Source: Malacoraja senta (taxonomy: Eukaryota). Taken from it: a DNA stretch of 64,000 bases. The notes beneath the pieces were generated by a model that made no database searches, was not told where the DNA came from, and saw nothing but the letters and a program-made list of their open reading frames with translations. The position numbers and the translations under genes are program-made. Below, one piece after another: positions 1-14,635 of the stretch. Where the stretch lies: assembly GCA_038087875.1 (NCBI GenBank), contig CM075981.1, forward strand, positions 12,524,001 to 12,588,000, given 5' to 3'. How positions within the stretch are numbered: the first letter of the stretch is position 1; each line of letters starts with the position of its first letter.

Positions 1-480
1 ACATTAACTGTTTTGTGTAGGAAAGAACTGCAGATGCTGGTTTAAATCGAAGATAGACACAAAATACTGGAGTAACTCAGCGGCACAGGCAGCATCTCTG
101 TTTTCTTTCTCTGATTTTTCTAACCTTTTCTGTTTTTATTTCAGATTCCATTAGTCCAATTTGTTTATCACCCTACATAAAGCAATCCACTTGACTGGTA
201 TTCAGGGCACACATTCCCACTGTCACTGGCTCACAATGTGTGTGTAGATAGTGGACAATGTGGTGCGCACTGACAACACAACACGACCATATAGGTTATA
301 CCAACAGGAGCTTCCAAATGTCCAGCCTCTTCCACCAAGATGGTCATGGGGTGCAGTTCAGTTCTACAGTGTGGAAACACCACCAGGTATGCACCAACCA
401 TCAATTATCTATACACTAGTTCCAAGCCATATACACTTGGGGCAATTTACTAAAGACAATTAACCTTCTTAATTTAACTT

Positions 481-720
481 CCAGAGAGTGGTGAATCTCT
501 GGAACTCTCTGCCACAGAAGGTAGTTGAGGCCAGTTCATTGGCTATATTTAAGAGGGAGTTAGATGTGACCCTTGTGGCTAAAGGGATCAGGGGGTATGG
601 AGAGAAGGCAGGTACAGGATACTGAGTTGGATGATCAGCCATGATCATATTGAATGGCGGTGCAGGCTCGAAGGGCCGAATGGCCTACTCCTGCACCTAT
701 TGTCTATGTTTCTATGTTTA
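481..720 (+). mobile_element. CR1 3' end
   Basis: cagagagtggtgaatctctggaactctctgcc...gatcagccatgatcatattgaatggcgg...ctatgtttctatg, the same family as 7510-8745. Confidence 0.85.
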
Positions 721-1639
721 ACCTACAAACCTGCATAGGCAGGAAATAAGACAATACATTTGTGAAAATGTGGCAGTGTAGTTGATTTTCACCTATTAAA
801 CATCTACAAGGTGCTTTAAAGATTATTTTACTTTTAAAAGAGAGCCTTGCTTGCTTCAGAAAGACTACAGTCTGGGAAAATGGAAGACTGAAATAGTTTC
901 CTGTACAAGTACAAAAGCATTTAATTGGGAGCACTGAAACAAAGGAATGCCAATGATGACAATAACTTTTCCCATTCATTTTCTGCCAAATTGATCATGC
1001 TCTTAAACCCCAACGTATCTGGAATGAGCTGGCAGAGGAAGCGGACTGGAGGGTAAAATGCAGGCAAATAAGACTAGCCCAGAATGCCAACTTGGTCAGC
1101 ATGGACAAAGTGGGTGTAAGGGCCTGTTTCCATGCTGTACAGCTCAATTACTCTATATTGGTAATTTCTCATACATTACAGAAGCTGTAACAGGGCATTT
1201 TCATCACTTGAAGCTGCAATAAAAATACCACAGTGCAAATCAGGCTAAGCATACGTCATAAGACAGAGGGAAAGATAGATCAGCCATGATTGGATGGCGG
1301 AGTATACCTCATGGGCCGAATGGCCTAATTCTGCTCCTATAACTTTATGAACATATGAAATAACTACAGGTCTGAGCAGCAATGTTATCAGCAACATTGA
1401 GCTTTGACAGTAAACTTTGCATGTGGCATCCCACAACGTCCTCAAGTATTCAAATAATTATTTCTCATTTACTCAATCTGACCAAGCTAACCATACTGGG
1501 ATTTGTTCAGATGTTTGGTCTAGATTTCCTGTTTGGGATTGTCACCGGATGATGAAAAGAAAGATGTTTTCTTCTTTTCCACTGCTCATCTATGCCTAAA
1601 CCTGAAGGTGAAAAGAAAATCAAAGATTCGAAAATGGGG

Positions 1640-1967
1640 TAGCAGAAGATAAACATAACTTAGAGATCTCTGTGACCTGGTTGCGGACAGTAACGATGAG
1701 CCAGTTTTGTTTGATTTATTCACGCAAGGGCTGCCCTTTCTCTGACCCAGGAGGGAGCTGTGTGGGAAGCTAGTTAGTGCGATAGGCCTCTAGTGCTGTT
1801 CTGCAGAATGTCTGGAGCCAGAGTGTTTGCAAAGAGCCTCTGATAAATAGGCAAAAAAGGCCCTGCTCTCTCCAGCTGGACTTCAGTGATGCTCAGAGAT
1901 CATTGTATCCTCATGTAACAACTCAAACAGGCAGGAACATCCTAAGCTCCACCAGATTTTGGTAAGC
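1640..1967 (+). promoter_or_regulatory. Possible distal promoter or first non-coding exon
   Basis: Non-repeat stretch of higher GC with FOX-like (tgtttg), GATA (ctgataa) and NR half-site (tgacct/tgaccc) words. It ends in a donor-like tg|gtaagc at 1962. Confidence 0.25.
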
Positions 1968-4814
1968 AGACTTTTAAGAATATCAGTTTAATTTTGTTTC
2001 AGTGTTTCAACAAACTTCAGTGACTCTTTAAAATACAGTTTATATCAGGAGGAATATGACAAAAGAAAAATGAGCAGATGTGCTCAACTACTGAAACTGA
2101 AAGTATATTTTATTTGGAGAAAATGTGAAAAACAATTAGCATTAGCAGAAATAATATTGGTTATATTTTATTCCATTCATTCCATGGGATAACAATAACC
2201 TCATCTGTAATATTCATTTTAGATGATACTACAAAGATTGTTTGACTACTTTTATACTTTTTAAAGGTTGGTCATACACCCATTAGTTTGCAAACTTCTC
2301 AACATTATGACAACTGCGATCGAAAAAGGTTATACAAATGGCCATGTAGTAAATTGGGGTGTCATGAAATACTAAATGATTGTATAAATGCAAGTTCTTT
2401 CTTTAACTATCACTAACATTAACATGTGCAGTTAGAATATAGTCATAGCCAAGAAACAAAAATATTGTTGCAGTTTTGGATATGTCATAATATAAAGCAA
2501 TCGTCTTTGAAGGCCAGTTATTTGGCTTAAAATGGGTGATAATAGCATCTGGCATAAACCTAGAACAGAAAAATATTGTTATTAACTTATTATTCAACTA
2601 TATAATACTCACTTACATGTAATTGTACATTTAATTTCTGTAGAAATTAAATCTTTTTAGATTGTTTAAATTATTGCAGCTTAAAATAGCGGCATGTGTT
2701 GATGCTTCAAGGGAAATTGAAGTTCTAAAGAACTAAGTACAAATCTTAAAGTAGTGTTCAGTTGTAAAGCTTTTTTGAACTCCATGGTAATTTAGGAAAC
2801 CACCATTGTACATGGTAGACCAAATATGCAAAAGGAATAGTTGACGATGTACCTGCCAGCCACGGAGAACATATCACTGTTCATTTAGAAATAAAATGAG
2901 ATTCAAGAATTTATTTGTTGCCCTAAATAAACAATATCTCATAGCTGATGTCCTACGTATGTGAAACACAGTTATGTCTTCAATTGTATGTGCAAGAATA
3001 CTTGTAAACGCAATGATTTTTGAAGTACCCCCTATAACATGTGGATAAGACAAAATGACAAAAAACAGAACATATAGATTCATAGTTAAACAGAAAGCAA
3101 AGGCACAGTAAAATATTCTGTCCAATTCATTAATGCAGTTGTTTTCGATTATTGCAAATGCTTTGAGTAAGAGCCAAAGTCTACGGTATCAGTTTCTATG
3201 AAGATTGAAATTGGTAGAACAGGAGATAAAACAAATGATGAAGTGGTGATAAGGCAATACCAAATGCCTTATACCAATTAGTCCAACGTAAAATGTAAAG
3301 ACTGAGGAAGACAACATTTTTCTGAACTTTTCGCCTTGGGAGACATTGTGTTTTACCATGATTTGAAAACTATGAATATGGTGTTCCTAATATATACGAG
3401 AATAATCGATCCAATTATGTGAAGAATATTTAAAATTTGGATTAAATTGATTCTATGGTCTGAAGAATTTTAATGGAATTTTGGCTGTGCGAGGTAAAGG
3501 CTTTCAACACTAGTTATTTATCATATCTCACAGTTGCATCTGAGTTTAACCATTCAAATTATGATTTTCTTTAATGTATATTCCCTAATTAGGTAGAATT
3601 CCCCAATTCTACATTAGAGAACTGCATGTATACAAATTATTGTTATTATCACAAAGTGGGATTGTGGAAATTGTGATCCATTTTAAGACGACCATGGACA
3701 TCTGTGGAGAGCCTGGAGCTTAAACAAAACAAAGACATCGTAGATGTACAGCAAATAGGTCAGCATCTTCAAAAGAATGTTAACATTTTGGATGGAGACC
3801 TTTAACTGAAATTTTGCTTTTCAATTCTGCACAAATATATTTAGCATTTCATGGTTACTTGCAAACTTACTTTTTCTTCCAATATTTTGAGCATTATTTA
3901 CTGTATTTAATAAAATTGAAGGTCAGTATAAAAATCCCTGCACATCCTGAAAAGGGATGACCATGTGATAGACCCTCCCAAAATAGTTGTAAATTGTGAA
4001 TCAAAGTGATGAAATCGTTGTCTCTGTAGTCTTTAGTATCTAGCACTAAATGCACGCAAGAGTATTGGCCACTGGTTACATGCACCACTGTGCACTGTGC
4101 TTCATTGACTTTAATGGATCTGATTGAATGGCGATGAATACAACCAGTGACACTTTAGCACATACTTTAATGTTGGCAAAAAATGAAATCCTCCTCTAGA
4201 ACGTTTACATCACAGATTCAGGTGACCGATTCTTTCAGGGCACAAATGTCACCCAACCCACTTTGCTGCAAGAACCTTGAATATCAGCTTGTATATGAAA
4301 GCCCAAGGCTTTAAGGAATGTTCTCAGTCTCTTCTTTCATTGGGACATAATCCTTCTTGAATTGATTATCATTTGCCATTTTTACTCTAAGATATTTTAA
4401 AGTGCAGAGACTATATTTATCTCCAATAAATCTTTATCTCCATTTGTGTTCAGTAAATTCTGGTTTGTTCACTCCCTTCTCTACTAGTTTCCTGCTTTAT
4501 GTAAGTCACCAGAGTTCTTGGACTTTTCACCACAATTAAGTTAGAGTATTTCAATTTGTAACTCTCATTAATTCTCCCAGAGACCTAGAAAACAGGTCAG
4601 AACTAACCTATACGAATAATCAGAAGAACTGAATAGGTTTCAAATGAGACATCTTGTTGCAAAGTAGAAATTAAAAGTCTTCATTGGAAAAGTGGATTCT
4701 GTCATTGTGGCAATGTATGAATAAACATTAACAATGTTGGATAAAAGCCTCAGTGCTAAGAACGGTACTGTACAGAGTTGAAAGTAGGCATTCAAAAGGT
4801 TGATTTGCAGGTTG

Positions 4815-5430
4815 AGTGGGTAGGAAAGGAAGGCAAATGCAATGATAGCATTCATTATGAGAGGTCTAGAATATAAAAACAAGGATGTAATGCTGAGGCT
4901 TGTCAGGCCACATTTGGAATATTGTGAGCAGTTTTGGACCTCATGTCTGAGGAAGAAAGTGCTGGCGTTGGAAAGGTTCCAGAGGAGGTTGATCTTGGAG
5001 GATTATGGGTTAATGTATGAGGAGCGTCTGAAGGTTTCGGACCTATAATCACTGGAGTTTAGAAAGATGAGTGGGGATCTAATTGAAATCTACTCAATAA
5101 TGAAAAGCCTAGATAGAGTGGATGTGGAGAGTCTAGGACCAGAGGGCACAGCCTCGGAATAAAAGGACGTACCTTTAGAATGGAGATGAGGAGAAATTTA
5201 TTTAGCCAGAGAGTAGTGAATCTGTGAATTAATTGCCAAAGACAGCAGTGCAGGTATTTTTAGGTATTTTTAAAGTGGAGATTGATAGTTTTTTGGTTAG
5301 TAAGGGCTTCAAAGAATACGGGGAGAAGGCAGAAGAATGGGATTGAGAAGGAAAAATTAATCAGCATTGATTACATAGCAGAGCAAACTTGATGGGCCGA
5401 ATGGCCAAACTTTGCTCCTTTGTCTTACAG
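4815..5430 (+). mobile_element. CR1 LINE 3' fragment
   Basis: [20 protein letters not shown] and a typical 3' UTR. Confidence 0.85.
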
Positions 5431-7509
5431 CTCATGTTTTCACCAACCTTCTTTAAAACACTGGTTCTGATTCTTTGGCACTGTATAGAACATAGAAAAA
5501 TGCAGCACAGGAACAGACCCTTTGGCCCCCAATATCTGTGCTGAACATGATGCTCAGATAAACTAATCTCGTCTGCCTGCATATGATCCATATCCTTCCA
5601 TTCTCTGCATATCCATGTGCCTAGCTAATATCCTCTTATTGATATATACATTGAAGTAAGTCAATTAACCCAATGTTGGTAATGGAGAATATGAGCCAAG
5701 ACAAAATTAAATCACATGCAGAAGAGCAAGAACTATCAAATAATAATCAGTCCAGATTTTTTGCAGACAAAACATGTTTTACTGGAGAAATTATTGCTTA
5801 TCTTGCTGAAATAATGGATTTGAAATTATATAAATTAATTTTCAAAAAGCGTTTGACTAAGCGCACAATGGACATGTTTGTGAAATTTAAGCCCATGAAG
5901 AGAATATGACAGCATGAGGCCAAAATTAGTTAATAATAGAAAGCAGAAAGATTCACAAATGTCTGTTTATCGAACTGGTGAGAAATCGTTCTTGATACCC
6001 GGACCATTGTTCCTCTTAATGTATATTATTGATTTGGGCTGGTATAATTTCCAATGATACATATCTTAAAAGTCATCAGTCCAGCAAATGTTGAGAAGGA
6101 AAAGGCAGTGACAGACTGATGGAATATTAATCGTAATAGTAATTCTAGATAACCTTCATCTAGTCACTGTACTACGATTTTAGTGTCATCCGCAGATTTA
6201 CTAACCATGCGATCTACATTCACATTCAAATCGTTAATATAAATAACAAGCATCAGTGAACCAACACACGATCTCTGTAGCACATCACTCGTTACAAGCA
6301 ACTAGTCTGAAAACCACTTTCTGTCTTCTAGCTTCAAGCCAATTTTGTATCTAATTGGTTTGCTCACCCTGGATCTCATCCGATCTAACTTTCAGACCAG
6401 AGGGTCTCGACCCAAAAGGTCACCCATTCCTTCTCTCCTGAGATGCTGCCTGTCCCACCGAGTTATTCCAGCATTTTATATCTATCTTCTGTGTAAACCA
6501 GCATCAGCAATACCTTTCTACCATGTTGTACCTTGATCTTGCTCAAATCCATGTCTACCACACCGCTTTCATCAATCAACTTGCACACACTTCAAAAATC
6601 TCAATTTAATTTGTGAGACACAATTTCCCACGAGCAAAGAAATGCTCATTATCCATAAACACTTCTTGCCTTTCCAAATGCATGCACATCCTGTCTGTCA
6701 GAATTCCTTCCAATAATCTACCCGGCAATTATTTTAAGCTTAATTTCCTTGGAGCCACTTTTAAATAGAGGCACACACTCCCCATTCTCCAGTATTCCGG
6801 GCCTCATTCATGGCTATTGATGATACAAATATCTCTTCCGTGCCCTCCACGTTCTTCCTCCACTTGCTTTCCACATTGTCCTAGGATGCACTTGATTAGG
6901 TCCCACGGATTTATCTACCTTTAAAACATCTAGCACCTCACCTTAACTATTAATATACCCAAAATCCATATTTTTCTGCACAATAAATATTCATTTAACA
7001 TCTGACTGATTTGCTATGGCTCCATACACAGATCATTGATTTTCAAGGGGGGCTGCTCTCTCCCCAGTTACCCCTTTGCCCTCAACATACTTGTAGAATG
7101 TCCCCTTTTTGCCTTGCTGATTTCCTTCAAGGGTGCACCTACATCCTAATATTCCTCATATAGTTTACTTGATCCCAGGTGCTGTATGTCATATGGCTCC
7201 TTTTTCTTGACTAGAGCCTTAATATCTCTTATCATCCAGTGCTCCCTGATATCCAGCCTTGCCCTTCACTCTAGCAGGAACCTGCTGGGCCTGAACTCTC
7301 CCTATCTCATATTTAAAAGCCTCCTACCTACATTCTTCTTACTTGCAAACAACCTTCCCCAATGAGTATTTGAAAGTTCCTGTCAAGTACCATTAAATTT
7401 AGGACATCAATGTCTGGACCAGTCCTATCCTGTTCCATAACTGTTTAAAAACTAATAGACTTATATATCACAAATCTCCCATCAACAATTCAGTCACCTG
7501 CCCCGTCTT

Positions 7510-8745
7510 AGAAACATAGAAAATAGGTGCAGGAGGAGGCCATTCGGCCCTTTGAGCTCGCACCGCCATTCATTGTGATCATGGCTGATCGTTCCCTATC
7601 AATAACCCGTGCCTGCCTTCTCCCCATATCCCTTGACTCCACTAGCCCCTAGAGCTCGATCTAACTCTCTCTTAAATCCATCCAGTAATTTGGCCTCCAC
7701 TGCCCTCTGTGGCAGGGAATTCCATAAATTCACAACTCTCTGGGTGAAAATGTTTTTTCTCACCTCAGTCTTAAATGACCTCCCCTTTATTCTAAGACTG
7801 TGGCCCTGGTTCTGACCTTGCCCCACATTGGGAACATTTTTCCTGCATCTAGCTTGTCCAGTCCTTTTATAATTTTATATGTTTCTATAAGATCCCCTCA
7901 TCCTTCTAAACTCCACTGAATACAAGCCTAGTCTTTTCAATCTTTCCTCATATGACAGTCCCGCCATCCCAGGGATCAATCACAAGGATGTCCTTCCTCC
8001 AATTAGGAGACCGAAACTGTACACAATACTCCAGATGTGGTCTCACCAGAGCCCTGTACAACTGCAGAAGAACCTCCTTTACTCCTATACTGAAATCCTC
8101 TTGTTATGAAGGCCAACATTCCATTAGCTTTCTTCACTGCCTGCTGTACCTGTAAGCCAACTTTCAGTGACCGGTGTACAAGGATGCCCAGGTCTCGCTG
8201 CACCTCCCCTTACCTAACCTAACCCCATTGAGATAATAATCTGCCCCCTTGTTTTTTGCCGCCAAGTGGATAACCTCACATTTATCTATATTATACTGCA
8301 TCTGCCACGCATCTGCCCACTCACCTCAACCTGTCCAGCTCACCCTGCAACCTCCTAACATCCTCTTCACAGTTCACACTGACACCCAGCTTTGTGTCAT
8401 CCGCAAACTTGCTAGTGTTGCTCCTAATTCCCTCTTCCAGAATCATTAATATATATGGTAAACAGTTGCGGCCCCAACACCGAGCCTTGCAGCACTCCAT
8501 TCGCCATTGCCTGCCATTCTGAAAAGGACCCGTTCACTCCTACTCTTTGCTTCCTGTCTGCCAACCAATTTTCTATCCATGGCAACACCCTACCCCCAAT
8601 ACCATGTGCTCTAATTTTAGTCCACCAGTCTCCCGTGCGGGACCTTATCAAAGGCTTTCTGAAAGTCTAGATACACTACATCCACTGGCACCCCTTCATC
8701 CATTTTACTTGTCACATCCTCAAAAAATTCCAGAAGATTAGTCAA
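7510..8745 (-). mobile_element. CR1 LINE, RT C-terminal part and 3' UTR
   Basis: ORF pieces GVLQGSVLGPQLFTIYIND, QRDLGILVH and [13 protein letters not shown]; tail tttctatgtttcta. Confidence 0.92.
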
Positions 8746-8922
8746 TTAGTCTTTATTAGTCACACAGCACGAAAACTGGCTCTTCAAACTAACACGTTCT
8801 TACTGACCAAGATGCCCCATCTAAGCCAGTCCCATTTGCCTGCATTTGGCCCATCTCCCTCTAAACCTTTCCAATCCATGAACCTGTCCAGGTATCTTTG
8901 AATGTTGTTTAAGCCTCAACTA

Positions 8923-9662
8923 CCCAAATGTCTCTCCTAATGTGATAAATGTCTCCTCCAAGAAGCGTCTACAACCCATTCTTTCGCTTCCTGTATAAAG
9001 TTACAAAACTTCTGGACAGAAATATTTGATACCTTCTCCAAAATACTTAAAATTATATTGGAACCAGATATAAAATTGATCATATTAGGTATGTCAGATG
9101 CCTGCTCTAAGCTAACGATATTTCAAAGACGTTTCCTCAATTACGGCCTAATAACGGCGAAAAAATGACATACTCAAATTTTGGAAAGAGACAACAGTCC
9201 CCACAGTGAAGATCTGGATTACAGATATGTCTGAGACACTACATTTGGAAAACATTACGCTTGTCTTGGCGAAAAAACCAGATCAATTTCTTAAGACATG
9301 GATACCTTTTACTGAATTTGTACAACAACAGAATGGTTAAACACAAATTTAAATTTAAATTCGATGCCAGGGTGGGTGGTGGGGGGGGGGAAGGTATATC
9401 TCCATTTTTTCTTTTCTTATTTTTTTTCTTTTCTTCTGCACTGCTTTGGTAGCTTAGAGGTCTTTTTCCTGCTCTTTTCTATTTTTTTTCTTTTTTCTTC
9501 ATTCTTTTCCTTCTTCTTTCTTTGTTTTCCTTTTTTTCTTTTTTCTTTAAAAAAAATCTAGGTTATAAGGTTAAAAATGAAGCTGTACAATAATTGTATA
9601 ATTGTTATGCCAATTGTCTTATCCTTGTACAATTGCTTCTAATAAAAATAAATTAAAAAAAA
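8923..9662 (+). mobile_element. 5'-truncated L1-clade LINE 3' end
   Basis: CDKC...HSFASC..LQNFW ORF2 knuckle, pyrimidine-rich 3' UTR, AATAAA and poly(A). Exact 12-bp TSD AAGCCTCAACTA at 8911-8922 and 9663-9674. Confidence 0.85.
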
Positions 9663-11360
9663 AAGCCTCAACTATATTCTCTGGCAGTTTGTTCCATATA
9701 GGCACCACCTTGTGAGTGAAAAAGTTGCTCCTCAGGTTCCTACTAAAAAAATTTACCTCTCACCTGTTGCCCTATTGTTCAAGTGGAGGTCGAATTTTGT
9801 CACTTCTCCAAATAGGCCATCTGCATATTGATTGAGAACATTTTCTTGAACATATTGACCAAATTCAACCTCATGCAAGCCCTTAGCATTGCAAGCCCTT
9901 AGTCCCAGTTAATATTTATAAAGTCAAAAATTCCCACTAATAACCCTATCATTAATCTACATATTTTCTCCTCTAGTTCCTGCTGACTATTGGGCTGCCC
10001 ATGTTACAATCCCATCAATGAAAAACAACCATTTTTATTTCTCAGTTCCATCCATATAGCTTCACTGGATAATCAGAGGTTAACAGGAATTGGATAAAGG
10101 TGTTTAAAATCATACAAGTTATAATAGAGTACATAAAGAGAATCTTCATCCTAGATGGCAGCCAATAGTGGACACTGAGTGCTTTCCTTGCCAGTACAAT
10201 TCAGATCCCAAAACCAACTATAAAATAAATGCTCAAAGGAACTAGCACGGCAAGAGAAATATCAGTTGTGCTCAGTGAATAAGCTGTAGGATATGTATTC
10301 TGTCGCATTAGGACTACTCAAGTCTAAATGTGCAACAAAGTATTTAAACTCTACTATTGATATTTGGTGGCTACTTTTCATGGCATATAGACCATTGATG
10401 GAATTATATCATATTTTAACAGCAAATAAATAACCAAAAAAAAAACATCCATTATCCGTCTGCTTAAAATTTAAAAAAAGGAATGAGAGAAAGAGAAAAT
10501 TTAAATTTAATATATATTTTATGATAGCAGAATATCCCTTTAAAGACATTGAATATTTTTTATGAAGTGTAGGCTTTGCACCAATGCAGAAAAAAATGGC
10601 ATTTAGTTTTCATAGTCCTAAAATAGCAAAGTGATAATGTCCAATTAATTGGCTTTTTAATTGCATTAATTGGGTGATAATTGTTGGGCAGAACTTCATC
10701 AAGAATGCTAAAATTCTCCTCTGAAATAGACCCACGATACATTTTACATCCACTGGAGAGGGCTATTCAAACCTCAATTTATAACCTATAAGTATGCATC
10801 TATGACAGTACAGTGCTATCTCTCTGCCTCAACATCTTCTTTGGTTTCTATGTGGGATTAATAGGAAGAGAGTGAGCATAAGAATAAATACTTGTATAAA
10901 TTGGGAGGAACTTGTGCTCAGAAATTCACCCATGATCAGTAGCTCTAAGCCCAATGAAATGAATTTGGAAGCAAAGTTATTATATAGCACATATAACATT
11001 CTCAGCTAGGAATATCTTCATAGGCAAATTGTCCACTTTAGATTGAGGCAAAAGACTGCACACAAAATATGTTCTGGCCTACTTTGCCACGTTGGAGAAA
11101 CAAGTCAATGCTAACTGTGCTACTGTTGGCCTCAGTGCTGAAAAGTGCTTCTCTATTTGGGGATTAGTTAGCACATTGAACTAGTGCTAATCCTACACTG
11201 ATTGTAGGACCCAAACTTTCATCTCTTAAAAGGTAAATGATGAGGGGTGATGTTTGAGAGGTGGGGAGTGCTTTATAATTGGAAATGGTAGAGGTTTTTT
11301 GCAGTTTGTCTAACATTGCAGGTGATACCTGGCCTTTTCACCAAATGCATAACTTGCCTC

Positions 11361-11444
11361 TAGTTGATGAAGATAATGCATTTCCATCTAGTTGACGAAG
11401 ATAATGCATTTCCATCTAGTTGACGAAGATAATGCATTTCCATC
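11361..11444. repeat. Tandem repeat, 3 x 28 bp
   Basis: tagttgaYgaagataatgcatttccatc x3, no spacers. Confidence 0.95.
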
Positions 11445-13470
11445 ACTCAATTACCAACAAACGTTATCATGTGGTATACCTTCCTAATGTAACTCCCTTC
11501 GAGTCCTCACACATTTATTATTACTCCAAGTCTTGCATCCTCTTTTCTCAGCTACCATCCAACCATGGCAGGCACAGAAAACTTCGAAGACTTTCAAACG
11601 ATTTATCTGACATTAATTAGTGGGCTTTGGATAAAGTTTTTTTTTTAATGTTCTGCATCAGATGTCTAATAAATAAAATTATACAGCTTTACAAGACTGA
11701 CCAATGGCTCATTCAAATTGTTACCTTCGTGAGTACTTATTACAATGCTTGTGTAATAGTCACTGCAGATCAAAGGTATTAGCATTTTGGAATGCTATGA
11801 AATGTGGTTTAGATGAAATGGTGCGATTATTTAATAAAAATGAAATATTCAAGAGAGAGTTAGATTTAGCTGAGGGAATCACCGGATATGGGGGAAAAGA
11901 CGGAACAGGGTGCTGATTTTGGATGATCAGCCATGATCATATTGATTGGTGGTGCAGGCTCGAAGGTCTGAATGTCCTACTCCTGCACCTATTTTCTATG
12001 TAATTTTGGTTATTATGATTATTATTACCATTATAATGTTTTAGCTTGTTCTACTTTATGCGTTTTATGTTAAATCAGTACTTTGGGGTTTTTTGCATAG
12101 CTTTTCCATAGAGCTTTCATCACAATGAATAGTGCCTCACATTCATCAAAAGTACAAACTGAAAAGATGGCGATTCGCTCCAACAGCTGCTTCCTGTCCT
12201 AAACAAGTTTATGCAGTCTTATGCATAACCCCAGTGGATGAGATGGGTCCCCCAAAACAACATTACTCTTTAATTTGGCGTGGTTCCTACAATATTCTTG
12301 CACATAGAGGCAGTGAGAATGGATGGTGTGGGAAATGGAAAAGTGACACTCTCCCATCTTTGATGATGTATGTATGTGTTACTGCTCTAGTTGACAGATT
12401 GAGTGAATGCTTGGAGATATTCAGAGGCATTGTGAACCTTGGTATTCAAGGAGAAACGTAACATTGACGTTATTATTCTTAATTCTCTGGAAGTAGCAAG
12501 ATTTTCAGACAGACCAGTTCTGAAACTGAAAATGCATTCAACTTGATGAAAGAGAGAAGAAAATTATCGTTCCTTTTGTAGTGTGTATGTACATTCCAAT
12601 AGGTCAGTACATAAAATAGTTCAACAGTTCCCCGAAAGGAAAGTTAAATTTGTTTTTTTCCAAATGGACTTTGACTGCTTCCGATTTTCTCGAATTGATA
12701 AGCAGTGTCTGATCTTTGCAGTGAGATAATGATGGGTCACTTTGGTTTAAAACAAACATTTACTGTGACAGATAAGAGCTAACTCTCTGCAAGCTGCACC
12801 TTGACACACCACATTCTGTTTGTAAAACTAGAAATCCCGTGACTTTTAACCAACCCCTTTCTTCTAAAACATACTGAGATGGAAATAAAATACCTTGATA
12901 GTTCATTGATCCTTCCTTAAATATGTCCATTGTGCACTTTAAGCACCCCCCCATCCCCTTTCACTCGCAAACAGAATTGTACAAAATCCACAAGGATGCA
13001 GATTCGGCACAAAAACAAAGTGCTGAATAGGAGATAACTATATTCAAACAATTGAGGTTCCATTAATACTAATCCATATGTGTACTGGTATTTACATTTA
13101 TAGAATAGACCACTATCACAGGCATTAGGGTACAAATTCTGTGATACGCAGAAGGATATAACGTCTGTGAAAAACAAACTGCTGGAGGAATTCACCAGGT
13201 TAGGCAGCATCTGTGGAGGGAAATTGACAGATGACATTGCAGATCGGGACCCTACAGATACAAGCAGAAGAAACAAAGGACAGCAGATGCTGGTTTATGG
13301 AGAAAACCCTACAGTTACAATTTCTGTTCATTTTAATAAGAGGGAACAATTGAGGGAACGTTTAAAGTAATCCAATTAATACTCTCAACTCATGGGTGGT
13401 TTTATAGTGATGATCTGATCATTAAAATAAGAGTTAATTAGTTTAATTCAACTGAACAGGAAGTTAGCAA

Positions 13471-13557
13471 GGGTCCGCATCTGAAAAGTCACCTATTCTT
13501 TTTCTCTAGAGTTGCTGCCTGACCCGCTGAGTTACTCCAGTACTTTGTGTCTATCTT
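13471..13557 (+). mobile_element. Penelope-derived short insertion
   Basis: TSD AGGAAGTTAGCAA at 13458-13470 and 13558-13570. Confidence 0.75.
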
Positions 13558-13689
13558 AGGAAGTTAGCAAAATATATTTACTTTCCACTGAGGAAAGAAG
13601 AAACCATTTAATAACATCATTTACTTCTTTGTTGGTTCCTTTCTTGGGCCAGGCCAGGATGGCTCTCGACATATATATCCTATTGAGAA

Positions 13690-14635
13690 GCTTTGAACAA
13701 AATTCTCGAGATGGAAAGGAGCCCAGTGATGGAACAATATAAGAGCACTATGTAAGATTTGTTCTGCACATCGGTATTATTGATATAGGTAGGATTAGGA
13801 ATTAGGTCTTGCAGAGTGAATTTAGGGAGTTAGGCAAAGGTAAAAAAAAGCAGGACCTCAAGGGTAGTAATCTCCAGATTATTCCTGGTGCCACGTGCTA
13901 GTGAGGGTAGAAATAGGAAAAGACGACAGACGCATGGCTGAGGAGTTGGTGCAGGAGGCAGGGATTCAGATATTTAGACCATTGGGATCTCTTCTGGGGC
14001 AGAGATGACGTACAAGAGGTTGCATCAGAATTGGAGGGAAAACAATATCCTGGTGGGCAGGTTTTGAAAGTGCCTCTAGGAAGGGTTTAAACTGAGATTG
14101 GCATGGGGAAGGGATACAATACAGTAGTGATGCAGGTGGGAGGATGGAAACCGGTATAGATGTCACTGACAGCAGGTTCAGTTTACAGGATAGACATGAG
14201 CACGGTAAGGAGCGAGGAATGCCGGTTGGATTAAAATGTATTTATTTCAACACGAGGTCTGACAAGTAAGGTGGATGAACTCAGGGCGTGGATAGGAACG
14301 TGTGACTGGGATGTTAGAGCCATCACGGAAATCTGGTTAAGGGAGAATAAGGCCCCTCAGAAACCAAAGTGGTCACCTATGTATGGAGCCGCAGAAGATG
14401 GGCAATGTTCTCAATTAATATTTGTCCTCTGTTTTACTGCGGTGGAAGATGTGGGAACTTGTTAATGGTGTTAGTGGTAATGTCTTAAGGACAGTTTGTA
14501 TTGCATTCGCGGAGGTGCTGGATGTCATAAGGTGTATGAATGTAGATAAATCTTGTGGGCCTGATCAGATATGTACAATAACACTGTGGGAAGATAGAGA
14601 AGAAATGGCAGAAGTCCTGGTTGAGATTTCTTGAT
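13690..14635 (+). mobile_element. Decayed CR1 internal fragment (ORF1 esterase-like and APE start)
   Basis: HWDLFWGR-like ORF1 stretch; DELRAWIGTCDWDVRAITEIWL; VDKSCGPDQI. Confidence 0.7.

Noticed and set aside
11361-11444. 28-bp repeats resembling a CRISPR array in unit size
   Set aside because: The units are contiguous with no spacers, the context is eukaryotic and there are no cas genes; this is a simple tandem duplication.
12132-12461. 109-aa ORF in unique sequence with an AAGATGGCG (YY1-like) word
   Set aside because: GTG start, no recognisable motif and no convincing splice framework.
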